Source: Psilocybe cubensis (taxonomy: Eukaryota). From it: DNA of 64,000 nt. The stretch spans positions 1,798,001 through 1,862,000 of the forward strand of contig CM039002.1 of NCBI GenBank assembly GCA_017499595.2. Direction: 5' to 3'. Position numbers and translations under genes: made by a program. Below the pieces are notes generated by a model that searched no databases, was not told where the DNA came from, and worked only from the letters and a program-made list of their open reading frames with translations. This document shows positions 53,400 through 64,000 of the stretch, in pieces (the first letter of the stretch is position 1; each line of letters opens with the position of its first letter).

Positions 53400-55166
53400 T
53401 CAGCAACAAGTACAAACTTGTTCACTGCCTAAAAAGAAGGTAAAAATAAGAAATAGAATTTGGCTTGTGGAAAAAGGTGTATCTAAAATGTATATTAGAA
53501 AAAGTAAATAATAAATAATAAATACTCACCTGGTTAATCAAGGCTAGAACCTTTCCAAAAACATTACCAGGAAGAAAATTGATAATCTCATCAATTTTTT
53601 CTTTATCAGAAACAGAATCAAGATATGTCCAGTCAGCAGTCCAGTCCAAATCATCGTCTTCCGCAATTTTATCTTCATCTTCCACTATCATAGTACTTAT
53701 TTTTATTGAGTACATAAAAAAACATAAAGAAGCAAACACAATACTTTTTTTGGTTGAGCATATAGAAGAATGAGGATTAACTGTTTCAATAAAAGCTTTA
53801 GCTGCTAGATGAATAGTGTGCTCCATGCACCTTAAAAATTATAAGAATATGGCTGAGTTTATAAAAATAAATCACTTACTGTATGCAACGCTAGCAAGCT
53901 ATCCAGTGCCTTTGAAAACTAGTGTTTAAAACATGTTGAAGACAGCGCATAGCTTTGTCGTTAAAGGTAGCATTATCTGCTGTCCCCCAACCAATTTAAA
54001 CATAATATTAGAATAAATGTACAAGAAAATAAAGATATATATTTTATTCTGTATTTCAAAGCGGTCAAAAATAGCCATAGCAGTTGCAGCTATATTAGCA
54101 CTATCATGATTATCTTTAATTTTCTCAAAGCCCAAGACACAAGATTTGAGCTCCCAATCAAGAGGCTTTTTGGGCGGGCTATCAATATAATGAGCAATAG
54201 TACCAAGATATGGATTATATGACTTTAAGGTCCAGACATCAAAGATAATTGATATTTGACTAGGAATAGTCTAAATTTTATAAGTATAGGCTTATATAAA
54301 GTGAAAATGCAATGAACATACTTTGAAGTGACCAATTAAGTGGTTAACTGCTACCTTAGCCTTCTCTATAACCTTTTTATGCAATTTTGTATGCTTAGAA
54401 ATATTATTATCCTTCATAGAAGAATGCTGGTATTTTAAAAGAGCTCAAAAAGAGTCTTTTTCAATTACCAAAAATGCCTACACTAATAAATATAAGTATA
54501 GAATTATAAAAAAAAAAATACATACTTGATTATTTTCAACAACAAATGAAAGTATATGCTCAAGTAGGCCTTCCTTTGTCCACTTGGGATTGGGCATAAA
54601 TATCACATATGTGTCAAGTGGCCTCAAAAATGTGCTATTGGACTTGACAGGTATATCTGACTTAGCTGAATTAGGCAAACATGCAGGATTAGGGTCCACA
54701 TTAAGTTTTTTACACCTATTAAGGTACTTTTTGCCATGAGTTTCCCAATTTCTATCCATAAATTAGCATTAAAATAGAGAAAAGATATAAAAAAAATAAC
54801 TAACCAAGAAATATGCTTGCGTAATGAGCTATTGCCACCCGTTATAAAGCAAATAGCTGATGGAACTTTTTTACTTCTAAAAAGATGTGTATAAGTATTT
54901 ATTTATTATTAACAAAATAAAATAAAACTGACTAGCAGACCTTATAAATATTATCAATTTTTCTTTCTTCTCTTCTTTTTCCTTCTCCTCCTCCTCTTCT
55001 TTCTCCTTCTCCTCCTCCTCTTCTTTTACCTTCTCCTCCTCCTCTTCTTTTACCTCCTTATCCTCAGCATTTTCTTTAGCCCTACTATCTTCTTCCACTA
55101 CCACTGTCATATGCCATACTTTCTTGACTCTGTCATACAACATCATCAGTCAAATTCTATATCCAA
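53400..55166 (-). pseudogene. Decayed intron-containing hAT-superfamily transposase (central part)
   Basis: SSLRKHI, ISIIFDVW, ADNA and CMEHTIHLAAK (CxxH) motifs read across exons; several stops. Confidence 0.8.
54960..55060. repeat. Low-complexity ~24-bp tandem repeat (Glu/Lys-coding on the - strand)
   Basis: Repeated ccttctcctcctcctcttcttt units. Confidence 0.8.
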
Positions 55167-55265
55167 CTTGTTTTAGTGGGCCACCGCGGAGCGTGGCATG
55201 ACGAGTCTTTACGATTCAGCGTCACGCTTTGTAATAATATAATATATATATAATATAATATAAAT

Positions 55266-56240
55266 ATGTCCAACTTTGACGTGGATATTGGTGCAATGGA
55301 CGAAGTGATATTCAGACTCCAAGGCATAGTTAGCGACAAGATGCTACCACCAATGGCAAAGCCTGCTTCATACATCCACTCCATTGAGGTGAATTAATTA
55401 CAAATGAGGACTGTTACAGCCGCGACAAAACGGTCAAGCAACAACCATATTTACGTACCGCCATTGCTATCACGGGACTCGGAGACATTGTGTTCAATAA
55501 GGTGATGGAAAAGCTAGAAAAAGTTTTCCTCCGTTTTGCAAACAATTTTCCCGCGGACAGCGTCAGCGGCTATGACCCAGTTCTTCACAAAGACACGGGT
55601 TTCAATGTTTTCCATGCGCATAGCCAATATTTCACGAAGGTATCCGCATATCAAGACAAATCTGACAACATAGGTTTTCATCCCCTGGTCAACCCTGATA
55701 ACGTGTTGGCGTCCATGGTAGGGGACAGTTTCATCCACGCAATCAATAACAAGGTACAGTTTCTTCGTTGGGAAATACTTCCTGACGGAACAGCCAGGTA
55801 TGTTTAGAAAATACCAACAACACATCACAACCAAACTAATATCATGTTGCAACAGATATTATTCTTATAATCCTGCCTCCATACGAATTGGAGACATTGT
55901 CGAGATCAGTGTTGCCTTTGTCGCATTTCCTGCCTAAGGAAACAAGTACAAATTTGTTGTCGCTCTTCGCGGAATACTTGTCTTGGACCAGGAGGCAAGA
56001 GAGGTAAGCAATGTTACATTGAACAGTCTCATAGCCATTCATAACATCCAACAGAAAGCTGATATTCTCAGAATGCGGTCGCGCTATACTCCAGCGAAAA
56101 GACAGGTTGCTGTTTTGTGTAGGACAAAGAGGCAGCTGTACAAAGGTCAGATTGATATTGAAGACACGCAACAGAGGATGGCACGTATGCGCTTAAATGA
56201 GGACACAGTCCACAATAGCAATACTATGTCCCAAGATTAA
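55266..56240 (+). pseudogene. Cargo gene A: four-exon hypothetical protein, possibly OB-fold ssDNA-binding-like; disabled
   Basis: Exons read EVIFRLQGIV..LPP / LRTAIAITGLG / IRIGDIVEISVAF...LRGILVLD. Introns at ~55369-55419 (donor apparently GT>AT), ~55798-55855 and ~56004-56053. In-frame TAA near 55935. The fold is inferred. Confidence 0.65.
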
Positions 56241-56385
56241 TACATATGTACATAGAAAGACAAGGATATCATAAATGTGCTGAACGAACAATCAATCCAT
56301 TTGCGTGAACATTGTAAATAACAAGGAATAATTTGTCAAGTCATTTTCATGACAGAAATTATCTGAAGGTGTTAGTTGGCACCCC

Positions 56386-56565
56386 ATGGGAGAATCCTGC
56401 GTACACTGTACGCAGAATATTCCCACACTCAGCTGAATATCGGCGAGGAAGTCCATGGGAGAATTCTGCGTACAGTGTACGCAGAATATTCCCACACTCG
56501 GCTGAATATCGGGAGAGGTTGACCGTGGGAATATTCTGCGTACATTGTACGCAGGATATTCCCAC
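56386..56565. repeat. Three tandem 41-bp palindromes (period 69-70 bp); further copies at 58387-58427 and 58623-58663
   Basis: GTGGGAATATTCTGCGTACA-N-TGTACGCAGRATATTCCCAC at 56386, 56455 and 56525. Confidence 0.92.
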
Positions 56566-56662
56566 GCTCATCCGCAAGTCAAATTTACAAATTAAGACAA
56601 AAAGAATGAGGACGAGAACACAAGTTTATTTCGAACAAAAATTTGACTAAGGATGGAAGAAA

Positions 56663-59618
56663 TTACAAATATCCATTCCACAAGAGGCTTTGTGGTTGAG
56701 GGCAATGCAACCAGAAAATATCTGCCTTTCTGGATAGCAAATACAAAACAGTTGCATGTACACAGTCATCTTTTTGCCTACATTACAGGAATTAAATTGA
56801 CAAATACTAAAACTAAAGAGCACACACCTTATACCCCTTTCCCAGGATTTGATAGCTTTTTTGACACACTTGTGTAATTGGTAAACATCTGCCGCTGTGT
56901 AGTGAAAATCTAATGCAATACCGCTGATGCGACGGACACCAAAATGCAAACAATCAAATTCATTGAGCAACAATGCCCACGAATTGGCTTCAACAAAGGA
57001 AGTCTGATTTGCTTTGGGTAAAAGAGGCAAAGAATAAATCCAACAATGCCTGTTGCCAACCCGTCTAATCCCAGGAGAGAACAACTCTGGATAAGGATTG
57101 TAATCCAGCACAACGAGAACATGACCATGAGATGAACTATACCCAACATTTACGTTGTCCCTGATAGACTGTATCCTGCTTTGGATATGGCGGTCCATTT
57201 TCAAAGTTTGCAATGGAATGGAAAGAACAAATTTGAAGCCACGGGAATGATATTTTGCAAGAAATTTTTGCGCGCGCTTGAGGTCGGCAGAAGGTTGCAA
57301 CAGAGAGACTTGATATCCAAAGGTAGCATTTGGATACAAGCTGTACACCTTCTCAAAGGTAACAAAATTCATGACGCCGGCTGCAGTAGAACAAAATTGA
57401 AGTTAACATTGTTTTGACACATGACATTGGGGACATACTGCTATGATACCCCAAAATGCACTCTACCACCGATTGACAAGTCGTAATCAGTTGGACAAAA
57501 GAACCTTGGCACCATAGGTTAACGACCACTCCAGTGGTATTGTAATGTCGATGAAGAGGATGTTTCTGAAGGACAATTTTTTCCATTTTCAAAATTTTTT
57601 CCGCTGTGGTGTTGTCCGGATATTTGGGATGCGGCATGATAGTAAATCCAATGGACATCATCCAGGAAAAAACAGGAAGAGCATATCTGTGCTCGACATA
57701 CATGTCCATGTCACCCGGAATCCATATATTAGCACGATTGATTACGAAACTTTATGTAAGTAAAGCGAGTTCTTTTATCCCCACAACCCACTGTACAAAA
57801 ATATGTCCTTGCCAATTGTCCCTATCAGTAAATCATTGATGCCATCAAAATTGCGTGATTAATACCGGTTTTTTACTTAACCGGTATGCTTGACTTAATA
57901 ATCGGTTACTATCATAGAATTTCTGTTAGTTTTTGTTCCTACCAAGGGGATATGGAAATTAAAATACTAGATATTAGCTAGGTAGATAGGTTAGCTGCCA
58001 TATGGTAGAAAACAAAATTAAATACCATTACATTATGACTTTTTAATTGCAAGTTAAACATTTTGACGCAGATAATCATCACTCATAACCAAAAATTTTA
58101 TAATAATGACCTCATTCAACTGATTTAAGGCCATTAATTAGTCACAATCAATTACATACCAACTGTTTTGCATGCTTTATACACCTCTAACGGCAAGTAG
58201 AGGTAAATAGAATGCTTTATTGTTATCAAAAAAAATTTATCATGAATGACTAGCAGACTGTGGTGTCATAGAATAAAGAATAATAAACATTATGTATCTA
58301 GCTATTATCTTTAATGCCACTTCAAATAACTTGTCATATTAAACTTGTTGTGCTGTTCATACTGGCCATGAATTAATAAGCAGACTGTGGGAATAACTTG
58401 CATATAGTGTATGCAAGTTATTCTCACGGTTGCCGCACTTTGCATTGAGCAACTTGAACTTCTCTGGTAATTCCTGATATATTACTGAGATGCATTGCAT
58501 ATACTTTAGGTAAAATACAAGTATTTTTGGCAATAACAATTATTTTCAGTCCTAGTTTAGATGATCTTATTATATTTTACTTGCTATGGTGTTTGTACTG
58601 GCCGTGAATTAATAAGCAGGTCGTGGGAATATCCTGTGCACACTGTACGCAGGATATTCCCACGGTCACTACACTCAATTTGCATTGAGCACTGGCCACT
58701 TTGGTCAAGAGATGGTCATTTTGAATAATGTTTTCCATGCATTGAATGTATTTTGGGGAAGAAATAATGCACTAACACTTGCAAATTATGCTTGAAATAT
58801 GTTTCCACACAGCCAATTGTGTTCACAGCAACATCAAACTATGCCAAAAAGAAATATGCGCACCAAACAAATGTTTTTGCACACAATATTGTTTCACTCT
58901 TGATGCACTTTTCAAAAATAAAAAAATTATATTTATGGGAAATATGTCCCCACTTGGGCAGCCATACACATGAGCATTCTTCCATCAGTTTTCCATACGG
59001 GATTCTCCCAGCAGATCTGGAATTCTTCAATATTTAGCAGGTATGAAAATTATAATAGACAAGTTCTTCCTTACAATTAGGCCTTATAACCTGTGCAGCT
59101 ATTTTTTGTGTCTGACACAACTAAGCTTGTAGTAGACCTAAGTCATAGTAATTAATCATAACCTTGCCCAGTATCTGGCTGTGCATTCAGAACATATTAA
59201 TATATATTAACTATGTTATATAAATCTAGATTAAAAAATATTTTATACAATTGTGAGATGTAAAGTCTTGTCATGCCACGCTTTGCGTTGGACCACTAAA
59301 ACAAGTAAAATGCAAAACGGTGGAACCTGAAATAACCAGGCCAGTCTTGAACTGGAGAAGACGAAACAGCAAATGTTCATTGGGTTTGAAGATAGGAGCA
59401 AATAAATTTTTGGGACGGAAGGCGCGGCGCATATAGCCCGAAACGCGGTTGTTTAGCTCCTTGCAAGTCCAAGAGAAACGGTAGAGGGTTTTCAGATCCA
59501 TCTGATCCATGTACACATCGTCCATGGGAGGCGGAAAGACTCTAAAAAATAAGTAATAACCAAATGAGATAAAACAGTGAACATACTGTTGGAAACGGGG
59601 GGATAACGCGGAAGCCAT
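56663..59618 (-). pseudogene. Cargo gene B: F-box-like N-terminus plus nucleotidyltransferase-like domain, split by the nested element
   Basis: Removing 57742-59305 restores ISGSTVLHF-INRANIWIPGDMDMYV. After splicing three GT-AG introns it reads YHSTGVMNF and KYHSRGF. Confidence 0.75.
57742..59305 (+). mobile_element. Nested 1564-bp non-coding Helitron2-like element of the same family
   Basis: A|TTACGAAACTTT ... gccacgctttgcgttgg-accactaaaaCAAG|T; no TSD; precise removal restores the reading frame of gene B. Confidence 0.85.
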
Positions 59619-60289
59619 GGGTAAAACAGTGCGGAGAAAAGTGCATTGTCTATACTACGTCAATAAATATATTAACTGTAAGCCGATAGACGCCCGACAT
59701 AGGGGAAGAACAAATTGGTATGCGTGAGAAATGATCATGAATCAGAAAATCAAATTCAAATAGTACAGAACGCCCAGAACCCAAGAACGCGTAATTATTT
59801 CTATTTGAACTCTGATTGATGAAGCTACCGATATCAAGGAACATGTGTGCCTGCACAGTTCTATTTCCAACCTTTCAGACCCATAGTTCAAAGAGTGCAT
59901 TTGTTCCATCTCTAAGTATTAGTACAATATATAAGCACGTTGGCTAGACGATTCCACATGGTTTTAAAAATTAAACAACAACGCAAAAAAGTAAATTGAG
60001 TAGGACTATTGTTGTTGGGTATAATTAATTTTATGGAAATGCACATTCACATTGCGATCAAAACAAATCAAAAACAACCTTTAAAGTAACCAATGGTAAA
60101 AAGAAGTCGTAGAATGAATTGGAAAGGGGTTGCTTAGGGGGTCCGGTGACCGCCTAAGGAAAATACCGATAGCGGTAACAACATTGATCGCATCAATAAT
60201 ATTTTGATGGGGACAATTGGCGAGGACATTTTTGCTCGCTGGGTTGTGGGGATAAAAGAACTCATCTTTACTTACGTAAAGACTCGTAA

Positions 60290-60944
60290 CTTCTGTCTTC
60301 CAACTTTGCCTCTAACTTTGGTCCTTGACTTTGTCTCCAACTTTTGTCTCTCCGACTTTAGTCTGACTTTGTATGTAGACTTATCTCAGACACTTGTATC
60401 ACTTTTCCTAAACCTTACTCCTTTCTTCATTATCCTTATTCCTATTTTTTATTCCTTATTTTTATTCCTTATGACTTATTTATTCTTTTTGACTTATTTT
60501 TGGTGGTTTATTCTTATTCCAACAGCAGTATATAAACCCTTTCTGTTATAGGCTAGAATCCCTAAACTGATTATTAACTTGGTACAACTTGGGTAACTTG
60601 AGTAATCTAGACATTTTTGTTCATTTGCTATTTTGTCCAACTTTGCTTTGAACTCCGATTCCGACTTTGATTAGACTTAGGCTCTAAAGAACTTAAGTCT
60701 GTCTCAATAACTTCAATCCGACTTCAACCAATACTCAACTGACTTTGTCTTTGACTTAGTCTCTTGCCTAGTACTGTTCTCCTCTTAGATCACCATATCC
60801 AAATTAAGGCATGAGATATAGGAAGAGCGCAGCATATAAGCTGAAGCTAAGCTCTCCAACCACCAAATTTGACAGCAACTTTGTTCTCTGACTTCCGTCT
60901 ACAAATTTGCCCTTGACTTTGTTCCACTTGACACAACCCTAACA
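60290..60944 (+). repeat. Probable 5'-truncated solo LTR of another family
   Basis: Pyrimidine-rich with repeated gacttt motifs, TATATAAA near 60529, ends cctaaca; no TG start or TSD seen. Confidence 0.5.
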
Positions 60945-61510
60945 ACCACCACCTCCTCAATCACTATTGCTGATGCTGGAGTTGACAGTGGTGTATCATT
61001 ATTCTTTCATGTTTGCTTAGGTGCAGGTGCTGTGTTAGATGAAGCAGATTGCTTTCAAGAAGCTAATGTCATAATTAGACATGGAAAAAATGTATAATAT
61101 TAGACACACACCTGTTTTTGCCTTTTGAGGCCTCTTTCCAGGCTCAGTAGTACTATCTGGGTCCTCAGAAGCAGTTCCAACTAATACAGGGTTAGTTTTA
61201 GTCTTATATGTATAATGTAGTAACATACCAATGAAATACCTTGTAAAAAAACCACTAAGTTTTGAGGCCCTACTGTTACCCGGGTCCAATGCCTTTAGGG
61301 TTGCTTTTTTGACATACTGTCCAGCCAAGCTGGTTCCTTCCCTTTAAGTCTGGATATTTTCTTTTCAGTTGGAGATGGGCTTTTGTGGCCTCTATTGGTA
61401 CTCAAGACAGTAGGAAGAGCATGGGTATCAAATGGTGAATGGAAAAATTCCATTTGGTCAGCATCTTTTAATGAACCATCAGGATTCAGTGCTGGATTGT
61501 CAGAATCCAT
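60945..61510 (-). pseudogene. Probable N-terminal exons of the interrupted hAT transposase gene
   Basis: MDSDNPALNPDGSLKDADQMEFFHSP start, same strand as and upstream of 53400-55166; the link is inferred. Confidence 0.5.
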
Positions 61511-62025
61511 AGTAGTAGCAATAAGTAATATTTTAGATAAAGCAAGACCAAAATGAGTGCAGTAAGCAGTATACAAGGTACAAAACGGCAACAAAATGAG
61601 AGTCAAAACAGATTGTTGACAACGGCTGTCTTTGTTCTTGTTTACATGGACAGAGACTGACAAGGTGCCTCGTTAATGATTTCTCTTTTTCAACCACTTC
61701 CTCATCTTATTTGCACCCAGCAACTTCCAGTCATTGCACCTTACCACATATATCTAGTATGCCACCAGGGTGGTATCCAGATTCTTCAAGACACAGTTCT
61801 GGCAGACAACAGCGCATGCACTGTTTGTGATGTAAGTTACAGGGCTTGTTTGTGCGGACGGCAGACAATGACATGCAGGTGTGAAGTCTGTAGGATATGG
61901 GGTTTGTTTGGGTGGATGGCGGACGACAGCGCATGGGTATGCATATGCACAAGGCAGTGAGAAGGAGAGGGAGAAGAAGAGAGACTGGGTTGGACAATAG
62001 CAAACCAATGAGAACAAGCAGCGTT

Positions 62026-62344
62026 TGTTGAACAACTATTATTAATAAAGATCACGTTTGACCGTGTGACTCTCAGAGTCATATGATAAGCCATGTGAGT
62101 AGATTATTAAGTAGATAGATGACTAAGTACTATACAGTAGTTACTGTTACTAGTAACATGTAACACACTCTAGGTGTATATAAGGACAACGCTAGTGCCC
62201 TCTAATAACAAGCGGTTTTCACAACTCACTCGAGTAGCTACAACTCAAGTAATACGACCCAAAAGGTAAGTATTAAGTCAAGTCCTTAGCCACTGCGTAC
62301 ATAGACTGTGTAGAGTAGTCTTGGGCACATCTTGCTGCTCAACA
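62026..62344 (+). repeat. Solo LTR of a further family
   Basis: tgttga...tcaaca ends, internal tatataa, flanks GCGTT/GCTTT (4/5 TSD match). Confidence 0.7.
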
Positions 62345-62356
62345 GCTTTAAAGCTG

Positions 62357-64000
62357 CACTAGTAGCTGCCACCTATTTCATTATATTATAGGTAACTGCC
62401 TGCAAGGTGATATGTAATTTTGCTTAGAACTTTTAATGATGTATTTCATAGAATGTCCAAGGCATTTTATTCTCTGTATAGAGGTGTATTTCATTGCACA
62501 TTAACATGTATTTTATTTGATTCTTGTATGGATTTTATAGAATATTTCATTGCATATAGAATATGTTTTCATTCTAATTTTATTCTACTTTCTGATCATT
62601 TTATTACATTTTTCATTTGATTTTATTACTTGTTGGCTTGATTTCAATTCAATTAAAGGCTATTCCATTCTACTGTTCTCAACAATTTTATTGTGATTTC
62701 ATTTCTATCTTAAAGTATTTTATTAGCTGTAGGGAATGATTTTATTATAATTTTATATCTAATCTTATGATTATTTAGACTTGATAATCCTATACTAGAT
62801 TGATTAGTGCATGCTATTTTTGGCCCAGGAACTCGGACTAAATATATTAGAATTAGGGCTAATAGCCATTACATCAGAGCCCTATTCCTGCCCCTTCCCT
62901 TAGCTGCTGGCTCTATAAATAACACTCATCCTATGCTACTTTTGTGCATTGCTGGCAATAGATTGGGCACTTTTGGGGGCATTTCTGGACCGTTTCCCTT
63001 GGTTTTTTTAGTAGTCCTATAGTTTTAAAGTGTCCTAATCCAAATCTGAAATCAGAATTGCAATATTTTTACTCATTATTGTGCAATTAAGCATACAATA
63101 TTTTTGTCAAAAAGCGCACCTTTAATAGCACCCTCCAGAGGTTAGTATGCATTATTTTGACTATGCCATTATTTTTTATTTATGTTAGACGGAGTACATG
63201 CCAAGTTTCAGCTTAATTGGAGCAGTGGAACCTATTCAATTAGAATATATATCCTACCCCTCCTTCTACCCCTTGTATGAATGGCTTCCTGATTAGATAA
63301 ATTTAGATCCAGCTAGGGCTGAGTAGGTGCCTATTATACTAATTTTTAGAGCCCTTAATCTTGCTCAAATTCCAAGATTAAAGGATACCATCCCTTATCC
63401 ACCCCAGATCTTGTATATTTTATTGTGGCCCAGATTAATCATTTCTAGCACATATAGGTATATAAATCTGCTCTAAACCATGGCATATACACATTAAATA
63501 TCTTTGAAATAATCTACATAAAGGGGAACACCTTGGTTATGAGGCTAATAAGAAGGTATTAGATATGCAACATAATATGACCATATCACCGCTTATACTT
63601 TACCAAAATGCACATACCTTACATTCACAGATAGCTATCAAGGTCCTCTACATATTATATTAATGCTGCTAAATGGCTAGAACGCTTAACAAGATAGTAC
63701 AAAAAGAATAAGCAATATTGTCCAAAAATAACAAAAAAGCAAGATATAATGAGCAAAAAAACATCTAAAAAATAATAAAACAGTATATCTGTGTAGCCCC
63801 AAATGACACCTATCTGTGGTATATGGAATCATAGAAATCCAATGAGTCTGAGCTGAGATATGTCAAAATGTATCTTGGAAAAAGGCCAAAGAGGTGACCA
63901 CAAACAAAGCATAAATAAAGGCCAATATCCATCCAGGTCTTTAATGGGTTCTTTAACACCTTTCTTTCCATATCTCAGCAACCACTGGTCCAATGCACAG
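62357..64000. mobile_element. Second, diverged copy of the CACTA-ended element (runs off the window)
   Basis: Starts CACTAGTAGCTGCCAC; ~62905-64000 aligns to the reverse complement of ~32805-33890. Confidence 0.85.

Larger units (their letters stand above)
55167..60289 (-). mobile_element. Helitron2/Helentron-like non-autonomous element carrying two cargo genes
   Basis: On the - strand it starts TTACGAGTCTTTACG and ends CGTAAAGACTCGTCA-tGCCACgctccgcgGTGGC-ccactaaaaCAAG. Both termini are shared with the nested copy at 57742-59305. Confidence 0.78.

Noticed and set aside
51720-53400. AT-rich stretch with short hydrophobic ORFs
   Set aside because: Low-complexity, heavily decayed sequence with no supportable product.
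55157-55166. tctatatcc as a canonical Helitron 5' TC end
   Set aside because: Similarity to the nested element begins at cttg (55167), and the hairpin and inverted-repeat layout shows this side is the 3' end.
56386-56565. CRISPR-like array (palindromic repeats with 28-29-bp spacers)
   Set aside because: The two spacers are variants of each other, there are only three units and no cas genes, and the context is eukaryotic; it is a tandem repeat.

Overview
Eukaryotic, gene-poor window made almost entirely of nested transposable elements. It is probably from an agaricomycete fungus (inferred from the TE families and short GT-AG introns). 1-17.4 kb is a pile of one Ty1/copia family inserted repeatedly into itself, including a 4222-bp tandem duplication. 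An older copy of the same copia (~19.5-36.9 kb) hosts a solo LTR, a chromoviral Ty3/gypsy element and a Tad1-like LINE; the LINE is itself interrupted by a 3.1-kb non-coding CACTA-ended foldback element. Further right lie two dead Tc1 (DD34E) copies, a second gypsy copy, LINE relics and a decayed hAT transposase. The hAT gene is split by a 5.1-kb Helitron2-like element (5'-TT, asymmetric inverted repeats, 3' hairpin, CAAG end). That element has no Rep/helicase but carries two convergent intron-containing genes (a putative OB-fold-like protein and an F-box-like/nucleotidyltransferase-like protein), an array of 41-bp palindromes, and a nested 1.56-kb member of its own family. It is the best candidate for an undescribed system here. 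No ordinary host gene, rRNA, tRNA or CRISPR array could be supported.
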